DNA from: an uncultured Rhodospirillaceae bacterium
Lineage (GTDB): Bacteria; Pseudomonadota; Alphaproteobacteria; UBA2966
Reading direction: 5' to 3'
Length of the DNA stretch: 64,000 nt
Assembly (NCBI GenBank): GCA_964343605.1
Contig: CAYFKJ010000008.1
Coordinates: 93,926 to 157,925 of the forward strand
Of the stretch, positions 28,515-37,663 are shown one piece after another. The notes beneath the pieces were generated by a model. That model did no database searches, was not told the origin of the DNA, and was given only the letters and a program-made list of their open reading frames with translations. Position numbers and translations under genes: made by a program. The first letter of the stretch is position 1. Each line of letters starts with the position of its first letter.

Positions 28515-31500
28515 ATGGCAAGAGCAGTCAAAAAAACAAAAGCTGAAATTATTGCAGAACAAGTAGCCGAAACTATTGGAGCGGCGAAAGAGCAACACCT
28601 TGAAACGGTAGATTTTAGCGATCCCAACCGCCCTAAAACCTGCTTGGAAACTGATTTCCCCATACTGCCAATCAATCAAATTGCGCAAATTGAAGGAAAT
28701 GCGGGCAAACCCATTTATCAGATGTCAAAGTGGTGGGCGCGTCGACGCTCCAGCGTGTTCCGCTCCACACTCCTTGCTGCGGCGACCAAAGCGCCAGACG
28801 ATCCTGCTGAAGCAGCTAAGACTGTTTGGGAATCTTATTACGGCAATCACCAAAAAAACGAAGCTTTTAAAAACCTGAAAGTAGCCGACATTTTTATGGG
28901 TGGAGGGACTACCCTAGTTGAAGGCGCTCGGCTAGGGATGCAGATGACAGGTAATGACCTAAACCCTGTCGCGTGGCTGGTTGTTAAAAATGAGCTGGCG
29001 GACGTCGATTTAGACGAGGTCAATAAGCTATTTGATCACGTCGAAAACGAGGTCAAATCGCAAATTATGCCGTTTTATGCTTGTGAAGGCCCTGGTGGTG
29101 AAAAAGGGATTTGGACACGCAAGTCAACGGGCGAGAAAATGGGTAGTGGCTTCGATCCGCTCACTCTGACGCCTGGAGAAAGAAAAGACTACGTCTATGA
29201 AGGCCCAGAAGTAATCTACACCTTCTGGGCCAAGCATGGTCCCTGTTCTGCCCCTGGCTGTGGTCATCGGACACCGCTTATGACTACCCCCGTTATCGCT
29301 GTAAAATCACTTAGTGTGAAAGCGTGGCAGGGTATTGTGTGTAGCCATTGCCACCAGTCCTTTGATGTAGAACCTGCTGAAGCGAGAATGGCACCAGATG
29401 CAGCTTTGGTCGTAGCACCGACGGAACTACCTTATGCCTTGATGGACGCTTCTGGAAAGTATGAATGCCCACATTGCAATCACGAATTTTGCGATGAAAG
29501 CGCCGCGTTGAAAGGTGAGTCAATTCAGCTCCCCAAGAAACGAAAGAAAAACAAAAAAATCAATCTATCTCTATTAGTGCATCCTAACTGGCTCAAAGGA
29601 GAAAGTGGGAAAGATAAAGCAGGAATTCTCGGAGGCTCCGCAACAAGTGATGCTGACGCGACAATCCGATGGAACGATAAACGTGCCTCGACTTTACGGC
29701 TCGTAGAGGTCCGGGGGGATTTACCAGATGAAATCACCTGCCCAGAGACCGGATTAACATTTTCAACCTCTGAAGGAACAATTCCAAAAAAATCTACATT
29801 TACCTGCCAAGAAACGACTTGCGGACGAGAACAGGATGTTTTGGACAGCATTAGGGCATCTGGAGATACCGGGCCAATGTCAGCATACGTCCTCCAGTGT
29901 TTCTCACCATCCCGGTCTAAGACATCTGCCCCTTACAGCGGACGGTACTTCTCCAGCGTTTCACAAAATGACACGCGCAGACAGAATGCCGTCATTAAAG
30001 AGTGGGAAAGCCGACGTAATACTGACTTAGCAGGATATTGGCCTGAAACTGAGCTGCCTTATGGCTTTATGACCCACCATTTACAGGGCGGTGTTCCAAA
30101 TCATGGTTTCTCACATTGGCATAAGATGTTCAATCCTCGCCAGCTTCTCGTTCACGCTCTGATCTTAAAGGCTATTGATGGCGGCTTTGGCTTTAAAGAT
30201 AGCACTAAGGAAATTGTGCTTGGCGCATTCCAACAATTTCTGAGAAACCAAAATATGTTTTGTTTCTGGAACCCCCAACGGGACACACCAGAACCTATGT
30301 TCAGCAACAACAACTACCATCCTAAATCAACCGTAATTGAAAATTCAGTATTTGCTGACTTTGGCCGTGGGAACTGGGCATCATGTCGGGCCAATACCAT
30401 AAAAGGTTTGGAATGGTGCAAAAGGCCCTGGGAAACCGTATCCAATGAAATGTTGGCAGACGCTTCTCCGGAACTTGGTGCTCTCGTTTCTGGCAAGAGC
30501 GAAAAAGCTGAACCAGGAGATCCAGTTTTACCTGGAACGGTGGTGACCTGTGGGTCATCCACAGAATTATCCCACATAGGCGATGGACAAATCGACATGG
30601 TGGTAACCGACCCACCATTTGGAGGTCTCCTTCATTACGCTGAACTCGCAGATTTCTTTTACGTCTGGTTACGCTTGGTCCTCAAAGATAAGTACCCAGA
30701 CTACTATGCAGGTGAATACACACCAAAAACTCTGGAAGCAGTCTCAAACAAAGCTCGTCACCCAGATGATCCTGATGCATTTTATAAGCGCCTTTTGACC
30801 GAATGCTGGCGCGAAGCTAAACGCATCCTGAAACAGAGCGGCATCCTCTCCTTCACTTTCCACCATAGTGAGGATGGTCCTTGGGTTGACGTTCTCGAAA
30901 GCCTTTTCGAGGCTGGTTTTTATCTTGAAGCCACATATCCAATTCGAAGTGACGAGACTAAGGGTAAAGGCGAATTTGGCTCCAAGACCATTGAATATGA
31001 CATCATCCATGTATGCCGCAAACGAACTGAACAACCTAAAAAGATCAGTTGGCCACGACTAAGACGACAAATCCTCGCTGATGTTCGCCAACTTCAAGCA
31101 ATCCTGGAGCATCACCAAAACGCAGGTCTCCCAAAAGCAGACATACAAGTCATTAAACGAGGCAAGGCTCTAGAGTATTTCTCCCGACATTATGGCCAAG
31201 TCTACGTGGAAGAAGGCCGGGAATTCACTGTCAAAGAAGCCTTGGTTGGCATTAACCAGCTTTTAGACGACCAATCAGAGGGAGAAGCTGGCGGCACCCC
31301 AATCAAATGTGAGCCAATAACACGACAGTTCCTACGCATTTTCAGAAGTGCTTCAGAAGTTAAGCGCGACCAAATCCAAAAATATCTGCGCGGCACGGGA
31401 ATTGGGCCTAGTGACTTCATAAACCGTGGCTGGACTGCCGAACAAAGAAAAGTCTTCCATTGGCTCTCTCCACTTGAGTTTGCCAAAGAGCGCGCGGAAA

Positions 31501-31778
31501 AACTGAAAACCATAACACGCGATATGGATCAAGCTATGATCTTGGTCGGCGCTTGTTATGAGAACAGCGGTATAGAAGTCAAAAAACTTCTGAATAATGA
31601 ATTTAAACCGCACCCGGCACTGGGCGATTTGTTGCAATGGCTTTGCACCCATGGTGCGGACAAAGTGATGCGCCAAAACGCTATGACTGCGAAACAGCTG
31701 TACTCCACATGGTCAGCCAATAACCAGCAAATCGTCAAAGCCCAACTGGCTTTGTTTGATATGGAGGACGAGGCATGA
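28515..31778 (+). CDS. Adenine-specific DNA methyltransferase with Zn ribbons (DUF1156/COG1743, PglXI-like)
   Basis: KWWARR, DIFMGGGTT SAM motif, VTDPPF catalytic motif, CSHC/CPHC Zn-ribbon motifs. Confidence 0.88.
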   Translation: MARAVKKTKAEIIAEQVAETIGAAKEQHLETVDFSDPNRPKTCLETDFPILPINQIAQIEGNAGKPIYQMSKWWARRRSSVFRSTLLAAATKAPDDPAEAAKTVWESYYGNHQKNEAFKNLKVADIFMGGGTTLVEGARLGMQMTGNDLNPVAWLVVKNELADVDLDEVNKLFDHVENEVKSQIMPFYACEGPGGEKGIWTRKSTGEKMGSGFDPLTLTPGERKDYVYEGPEVIYTFWAKHGPCSAPGCGHRTPLMTTPVIAVKSLSVKAWQGIVCSHCHQSFDVEPAEARMAPDAALVVAPTELPYALMDASGKYECPHCNHEFCDESAALKGESIQLPKKRKKNKKINLSLLVHPNWLKGESGKDKAGILGGSATSDADATIRWNDKRASTLRLVEVRGDLPDEITCPETGLTFSTSEGTIPKKSTFTCQETTCGREQDVLDSIRASGDTGPMSAYVLQCFSPSRSKTSAPYSGRYFSSVSQNDTRRQNAVIKEWESRRNTDLAGYWPETELPYGFMTHHLQGGVPNHGFSHWHKMFNPRQLLVHALILKAIDGGFGFKDSTKEIVLGAFQQFLRNQNMFCFWNPQRDTPEPMFSNNNYHPKSTVIENSVFADFGRGNWASCRANTIKGLEWCKRPWETVSNEMLADASPELGALVSGKSEKAEPGDPVLPGTVVTCGSSTELSHIGDGQIDMVVTDPPFGGLLHYAELADFFYVWLRLVLKDKYPDYYAGEYTPKTLEAVSNKARHPDDPDAFYKRLLTECWREAKRILKQSGILSFTFHHSEDGPWVDVLESLFEAGFYLEATYPIRSDETKGKGEFGSKTIEYDIIHVCRKRTEQPKKISWPRLRRQILADVRQLQAILEHHQNAGLPKADIQVIKRGKALEYFSRHYGQVYVEEGREFTVKEALVGINQLLDDQSEGEAGGTPIKCEPITRQFLRIFRSASEVKRDQIQKYLRGTGIGPSDFINRGWTAEQRKVFHWLSPLEFAKERAEKLKTITRDMDQAMILVGACYENSGIEVKKLLNNEFKPHPALGDLLQWLCTHGADKVMRQNAMTAKQLYSTWSANNQQIVKAQLALFDMEDEA

Positions 31779-32290
31779 GCGCACCACTCCTTGATGATGT
31801 CTGGAAACGACGTGGCATCAACATCCTTTGGGATGGAGGAACGCTAACGGCCATGGATGCGGCCAAAAAAGTCATAAGCCTCCGCCATTTTTTCGACCTG
31901 TATCAAGAAGGGTGGCCAGACGACGAAATGCCTTGGATCGAAGACGATGCATTAATGGTTGCTGGTTTGGATGTCGCAATCGATGCCATGACGCCCGAAG
32001 AGGCAGAACCCTGGATCGAACAACAGGTCTACACGAAAATCCAAGATTTCCAGAGCGCGTTTGACAGCCAAGCCTCCCTGATCTTTTGGATGGCTGATCA
32101 AAACCGCTGGCACGAATCTACCGGAGACGTGGAGTATCACTGGCACTTGGCAGGGAAATTCAACGATCAACTCTTGCCTATTGGCCGCTGCATCTGGAAT
32201 GGAGCCCAAAGCGGTGTAAGACGAATTGAGAACAATGACAGCAGTGGAAAAAGTCACTGGATTGGTCTTCATCATCACAGAATTTCTTAA
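31775..32290 (+). CDS. Hypothetical protein of the defence operon (possible inactive NTPase-fold subunit)
   Basis: ATGA overlap with MTase, GAGG RBS; LMVAGLDVAID resembles a degenerate Walker B. Confidence 0.75.
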   Translation: MSAPLLDDVWKRRGINILWDGGTLTAMDAAKKVISLRHFFDLYQEGWPDDEMPWIEDDALMVAGLDVAIDAMTPEEAEPWIEQQVYTKIQDFQSAFDSQASLIFWMADQNRWHESTGDVEYHWHLAGKFNDQLLPIGRCIWNGAQSGVRRIENNDSSGKSHWIGLHHHRIS

Positions 32291-32299
32291 AGGAAGACC

Positions 32300-35035
32300 A
32301 TGCAATTTAGTCCAGGAGAACGGGTCAAACATAACGAATTTGGTCAAGGCGTCATTATCAGTCTGGCCGAAAGCTATGCTCGTGTATTTTTCCCAAGTGG
32401 CGAACAGCAAATACCAGTTTCATCTCTCGCTCCTGTATTGGGCCACAATGAGACGGTTGTCACCAATGCCAACGGCGATAATGGGCGAGCAAGATACTCA
32501 TGGCTCAGTTGGCAAGCTCACGCTCTTCCACTGCTCGACAGCGCGAGCTCTCTTACATCAGCAAAAATTGACCTCCTCCCCCACCAGGTTGTTCTGACAC
32601 ACCGGGTGGCGATGGCTTCGCCACGACGCTTCATGATTGCGGACGAGGTTGGCCTAGGGAAAACAATTGAAACAGCTCTGATTTTACGTGAACTGGCAAG
32701 CCGAGGGGAGCTCAATCGGGCACTAATGATCGTCCCTGCGGGATTGGTCAACAATTGGCATCGAGAATTGAATGAAGTTTTCAATCTCAATTTTGAGGTT
32801 TTTGGCCGTGAAGGAGACGTTAGCGATCGAAGATCCAACGCCTTTGCCAAGCACAACTTCTTGATTGCCAGCGTCGATACACTTAAGCGAAAAACGCGGG
32901 TCAAAAAGTTACTTGAAGCTCCCATGTGGGATCTGGTTGTGTTTGATGAGGCTCAGCATCTGACCGCCTACAAGTCAGGTGGCAAAACCAAGAAAACAGA
33001 AAATTACAAACTCGCTGAGGCGCTACGAGACCACACCAAGGATCTCATCCTTCTCTCTGCGACGCCGCACCAAGGTGATCACTTCCGATTCTGGAAATTA
33101 GTCGAGCTCTTGGATCCAACGCTTTTCTCAAATGAGAAAGAGATGGTCGAGCAGCGACACAGACTTAATCCAATAATTTTCCGTCGAACCAAAGCGGACG
33201 CGTGTCGTCCGGACGGCAGCACGCTATTTGCCAGACGTTGGGTCCATACAGAAGCGTTTGTCATGTCAGATGCGGAACGTGGTTTCTACCAAGCTCTCAA
33301 CGACTACCTGGCTGACGGTTTTGCCTTGGCGAAGAAACAAGGTGGCAAGGGACGAGCCCTTGGGTTTGTCATGACGATCTTTCAAAAAATCGCTGCATCG
33401 AGCTTTGCCGCTGTGCATAGAACATTACGCAGACGCCTAATCGCGCTTACGGTTCAGGAAGCTCTGCATCATGATGGGAACTTGGACATTGATGCCCGTG
33501 ACGCGGCCTTTGATGAGGCCCGAGAACAAATTCGAACAGAATGGAGCCTTGGAAAGGACCGGATGGCCGATGTTGAGGTCGATCGTGTCCTAAACGACCT
33601 AAAACGTCGCTTGCTGAAGAAGATGGACGAAGAGCAACTCGCATTGGCTTCTGACGCCTTTGCCGAGGAATTGGACACATCTGCTGCAGAAGATGCAGCA
33701 ATGAGCGCCGTTTCATATGCCCTCCCAGAAGAGCGCATGCGCATCAAAGATTTGTTAGGCATGTTTCCGTCCGTTAAAGAAACCAAAGTCGAAAAACTGC
33801 TCGGTGCTCTGGGTATTTTATGGAAAGAAAACCCGAAGGAACGCATCGTCATCTTTGCGACGTATCTTGGCACCGTCGAAATGCTCGGAGAAGCAATTGA
33901 AACGGCCTACCCTGGGCAAGGTGTTGTTGTCCTCAAAGGCGGAGATCATGGTACAAAACTAGCTGCTGAGAAAAAATTCAAACAAGCCGAGGGGCCGCGT
34001 GTAATGATCTGCACTGCGGCAGGGCGAGAAGGTATCAATCTCCAGCATGCTAGGGTCCTATTTAATTTTGACCTTCCATGGAACCCAATGGATGTCGAGC
34101 AACGGATCGGACGCATCCATCGATATGGACAAAGCGACACCGCTCAGGTCTATAACCTTGTGCTAGGAGACACTATTGAGGGAAAAATATTCCTTTTGCT
34201 GAACGACAAACTTATGGACATCGCCAAAGCCGTCGGCAAGGTCGATGAGCATGGAAATGTCGCTGAAGATCTTCGCTCTCAGATTCTTGGACAACTCTCT
34301 GAGAGGATTAACTACAGTCAGCTTTATGCCCAAGCACTCAGTGATCCAAAGCTTCAACGCACGGAACTGGAACTGGCTGAAGCAATGGATAATGCATCAG
34401 CTGCTGAAGATGCAGTATTCGAATTATTTCAAGATCTGGATGGCTTTAGCCTTGATGACTATGCCCCCTTGTCGGATACCTCTTCTGGCATGCAAAGAAT
34501 TGTCGATTTTGTAAAAAGTCATGCTCAAATCGAAGGAGATAAATTCCTCGAGAAAGGTAACGGTCAATTTGCTCTGGAAACCAACCAGAAGCTAATCACG
34601 TTCACTACAGACCGAGATGAAGCGACGGAAAACGAAACATGGGCGTTGATGGGTCTTGACCATCCCTATGTCACCCGAGCTCTTCAGAAATATAGTGGTC
34701 AGCAGATTGAAGGGCTGGGGCTCAGCGTCCAATCTGCCGAATTCTCAGGGGGTATTGGTTTCTGGCTTGTCGATTTACTCGATAGCAACAATCAAAATGT
34801 GCGGTCCATTCTCATTCTTGCGGTTGATGAGAATGGCAATAGGACACCAGCCATAGAGAAACAGGCCGAGAATTTTTTCTGGGAGCCTCCAAGCGAACCA
34901 AAACCAAACGAAGACGCGCTCCACCTACTTTCACCAATGGAAGAAATTCTCGACCGAGAAATTAAGCAGAGATTCGGGAGCAAATCTGATCAGCCCTATT
35001 CAGCAAAACTGATTTCCTGGATTTCGGTGCAGTAA
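32300..35035 (+). CDS. SNF2-family helicase/translocase (BrxHII-like)
   Basis: ADEVGLGKT, FDEAQ, LSATP, GREGINLQ, QRIGRIHRYGQ. Confidence 0.92.
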   Translation: MQFSPGERVKHNEFGQGVIISLAESYARVFFPSGEQQIPVSSLAPVLGHNETVVTNANGDNGRARYSWLSWQAHALPLLDSASSLTSAKIDLLPHQVVLTHRVAMASPRRFMIADEVGLGKTIETALILRELASRGELNRALMIVPAGLVNNWHRELNEVFNLNFEVFGREGDVSDRRSNAFAKHNFLIASVDTLKRKTRVKKLLEAPMWDLVVFDEAQHLTAYKSGGKTKKTENYKLAEALRDHTKDLILLSATPHQGDHFRFWKLVELLDPTLFSNEKEMVEQRHRLNPIIFRRTKADACRPDGSTLFARRWVHTEAFVMSDAERGFYQALNDYLADGFALAKKQGGKGRALGFVMTIFQKIAASSFAAVHRTLRRRLIALTVQEALHHDGNLDIDARDAAFDEAREQIRTEWSLGKDRMADVEVDRVLNDLKRRLLKKMDEEQLALASDAFAEELDTSAAEDAAMSAVSYALPEERMRIKDLLGMFPSVKETKVEKLLGALGILWKENPKERIVIFATYLGTVEMLGEAIETAYPGQGVVVLKGGDHGTKLAAEKKFKQAEGPRVMICTAAGREGINLQHARVLFNFDLPWNPMDVEQRIGRIHRYGQSDTAQVYNLVLGDTIEGKIFLLLNDKLMDIAKAVGKVDEHGNVAEDLRSQILGQLSERINYSQLYAQALSDPKLQRTELELAEAMDNASAAEDAVFELFQDLDGFSLDDYAPLSDTSSGMQRIVDFVKSHAQIEGDKFLEKGNGQFALETNQKLITFTTDRDEATENETWALMGLDHPYVTRALQKYSGQQIEGLGLSVQSAEFSGGIGFWLVDLLDSNNQNVRSILILAVDENGNRTPAIEKQAENFFWEPPSEPKPNEDALHLLSPMEEILDREIKQRFGSKSDQPYSAKLISWISVQ

Positions 35036-35036
35036 A

Positions 35037-36512
35037 TTGTCCCATCACGTCACTGCCGCAATGCTCTATGACTTGGTTCAATGCTCACATCGACCAAGTA
35101 TGGATATATTTGGCGACCCAGCCACACGGGATGAAATCAATGCTTTCGTGCAGTTGCTTTGGGAAAAAGGCACCGCCTATGAACATGACGTCATTGGCTC
35201 TTTAACCCTGCCCATACTCGATCTCTCTCGCTATTCGGGGGAAGAGAAAGAACAGCAGACCCTTGAAGCTATGAAACGGGGCGAGCCGCTGATCTACAGT
35301 TCGCGAATCAGTGCGGATAAGCTCTTGGGGGACCCAGACCTTCTAAGACTGGAAGGTAATGGCTATGTCGCCGGGGACATCAAATCTGGATCTGGCGAAT
35401 ATGGAGAGGGCGATAACACAAAACTAAAGAAACACTATGGCGTTCAGCTATCCCTTTACACGGATATCTTGGAACGCATCGGACACGCTTGTTCCAGGCG
35501 GCCATTTATTTGGGACATTCACGGTAAAGAGGTCATCTATGACCTTGAAGAACCACAGGGCAAAACAAACCCTTGGACCGTTTGGAGCCTGTACCAAAAA
35601 ATTCTGGCTCAAGCGCAACGCATTATAGATGAATCTGAGCAAAGTGTTCCTGCCTATAGCGGCACCTGCAAGCTCTGTCATTGGTATTCAGCCTGCCTAT
35701 CCCAGCTGGAAGAACTAGATGATTTAACTCTGCTCCCTGAACTAGGTCGCGCGAAACGAGACGTGATGGTCGATACGGTTCCTACAGTGTTTGAATTAGC
35801 CAACACTGACATTGAAGGGTTTATTTCAGGAAAGAAGACCATCTTTCCTGGCATTGGCGCGACTACGCTCCAAAAATTCCATAATCGAGCCCAGCTTACG
35901 AAAACCGATGGTGCGAGGGCCTATCTGACCAATCCGATTAATTTACCATTCTCTGAAACGGAGCTGTTCTTCGATATTGAAGTCGATCCAATGAGAGACC
36001 TCTGCTACCTGCATGGTTTTGTTGAACGTCACAATGGTGATAACACCACTGAAAAATACATCGCCTTTTTTACAGAAGACGTGAGTTCAGCAGAAGAGGA
36101 ACGCGCCTTCAAAGACGCGTGGCAGTACATTTGTGATAAGCAGCCATGTATCATCTATTACTATTCGAAATACGAGCGAACAATCTGGAGGCAGCTTCAA
36201 TCGAAGTATCCTACTGTTTGCACAGCTGAAGATATCGAAGACCTATTTCACCCAAGCCAATCAGTGGATCTCTATTTCGATGTGGTGAAGAAAGCTACTG
36301 AATGGCCAACCCGGGACTATTCTATCAAGACCCTTGCCAAGTATCTTGGCTTTAGCTGGCGTGACACTCATCCATCCGGAGCGGCTTCGATTGAATGGTT
36401 CGATCGTTGGATCCAGACAGGTGACGAGACCATCAAACAACGAATTTTGGATTATAATGAAGACGATTGTTTGGCAACTCGAGTGGTGCTCGACGGGATC
36501 AGGGCTCTGTAG
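35037..36512 (+). CDS. TM0106-family RecB-like nuclease with C-terminal RNase H-like domain
   Basis: PDLL...DIK...QLSLY; Cys pattern QCSH...CKLCHWYSAC; FFDIE...YNEDDC; TTG start 1 bp after the helicase stop. Confidence 0.85.
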   Translation: MSHHVTAAMLYDLVQCSHRPSMDIFGDPATRDEINAFVQLLWEKGTAYEHDVIGSLTLPILDLSRYSGEEKEQQTLEAMKRGEPLIYSSRISADKLLGDPDLLRLEGNGYVAGDIKSGSGEYGEGDNTKLKKHYGVQLSLYTDILERIGHACSRRPFIWDIHGKEVIYDLEEPQGKTNPWTVWSLYQKILAQAQRIIDESEQSVPAYSGTCKLCHWYSACLSQLEELDDLTLLPELGRAKRDVMVDTVPTVFELANTDIEGFISGKKTIFPGIGATTLQKFHNRAQLTKTDGARAYLTNPINLPFSETELFFDIEVDPMRDLCYLHGFVERHNGDNTTEKYIAFFTEDVSSAEEERAFKDAWQYICDKQPCIIYYYSKYERTIWRQLQSKYPTVCTAEDIEDLFHPSQSVDLYFDVVKKATEWPTRDYSIKTLAKYLGFSWRDTHPSGAASIEWFDRWIQTGDETIKQRILDYNEDDCLATRVVLDGIRAL

Positions 36513-36540
36513 TTTCTGATCGGCATGCACCAGATCCATC

Positions 36541-36951
36541 TTACTTTGTTTTACCTCCAAACTTTTCAACCGTCCGCATGGCACCAAGCCCCAAAAGGGA
36601 CAGAAGCACAGTGACCAGTGTCTCAGTTCCCGTGAGCTCCGGCAATTCGGATACATGGGGGAAGAAATTCACTGTCACCCAAGTCAGCAGATCAAACAGG
36701 ATAAAGTGCCAAAGAAGTGCTAAGCCGCAGACCCAGCCGATAAAGGGACGCCAACCCGCAACGAAGATGGAACGGTGTCCCGCCTCAACCTTGTTCAGCT
36801 CAATTTGAGCCAGGCTGGGTTTCATCATCAGCTTGGCCTTTATCAACTCGGCGGCTTGTTTTTCCTCATCGGTTTCAACAAAACGATCGATAATGTTGGC
36901 AACGCCCTCTGCTGCAGTGACCAGACCTCCACCAATCAATTTATCCAACAT
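36541..36951 (-). CDS. Phage holin (3TM family)
   Basis: AGWRPFIGW motif, TM segments, LLGLGAMRTVEK end. Confidence 0.8.
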   Translation of the reverse strand: MLDKLIGGGLVTAAEGVANIIDRFVETDEEKQAAELIKAKLMMKPSLAQIELNKVEAGHRSIFVAGWRPFIGWVCGLALLWHFILFDLLTWVTVNFFPHVSELPELTGTETLVTVLLSLLGLGAMRTVEKFGGKTK

Positions 36952-36954
36952 GGC

Positions 36955-37350
36955 TTAATCCTCCACGATTTCAAAATGAACGAGGTCATCGAAGCTGTTG
37001 TCACGAACCTCGGTGTCCCGGTCCCAGTCGCCGCCCCAGCGCAGGATTACGCCCATGGATTTGGCGGTGGCGAGGACATAGCCCGCGAACAATGTCTGGC
37101 GTTCCCGGTCGTCCCATTTGATGGGATAAGGGGTCACATCCACGGCTAGAGAAGGCACCGTGTTGTGTTTTCCGTCAGGCCATTGAACCTGACTTTTGCC
37201 TTCAGTAACCATCTGGTTTTGGCGGTCCTTGTCACGATGCCCTTCGAGGATGGTGCAATCAAACTCCCGCACAACCTCATGAAAAACCCGCTGCAAGAGC
37301 GGGTGACAGGTGGAAAGCTTGGCGATGGATTTTTCAGAGAATGCAGGCAT
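36955..37350 (-). CDS. Endolysin, peptidase M15 (L-Ala-D-Glu peptidase-like)
   Basis: EGHR..RQ, KH...AVD, RWGGDW...DLVHFE. Confidence 0.85.
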   Translation of the reverse strand: MPAFSEKSIAKLSTCHPLLQRVFHEVVREFDCTILEGHRDKDRQNQMVTEGKSQVQWPDGKHNTVPSLAVDVTPYPIKWDDRERQTLFAGYVLATAKSMGVILRWGGDWDRDTEVRDNSFDDLVHFEIVED

Positions 37351-37640
37351 CAGTGACCTCCCCCAAACAGTTTAAGTTTTATGGCCACCCCCGCCATCAG
37401 CGCGATCAACACCCCTGTGGTGACGAGACGGACAATGGTCGACCAGGCGGTATGCTTGGCCACACGCAAAGCGCCGAGCAGAGAGCGAAGATCACGGATA
37501 TCGCCAGCCGCTTCTTCATCGACCAGACCAACATCCGCTAACGCCCGTTTCGCACCACGTTGGGCCGCTAACTCGAGCAGTTGCTCAAATTCTTCCTCAG
37601 GCATGACGACCTGCCCGTCCTTAGTTGAAGGACAATTCAT
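37350..37640 (-). CDS. Small phage membrane protein (DUF6127-like)
   Basis: GAKRALADVGL...DIRDLRSLL plus one C-terminal TM helix; lysis-cassette position. Confidence 0.7.
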   Translation of the reverse strand: MNCPSTKDGQVVMPEEEFEQLLELAAQRGAKRALADVGLVDEEAAGDIRDLRSLLGALRVAKHTAWSTIVRLVTTGVLIALMAGVAIKLKLFGGGH

Positions 37641-37663
37641 TGGCTTTCTCCTTGAATTAAATT

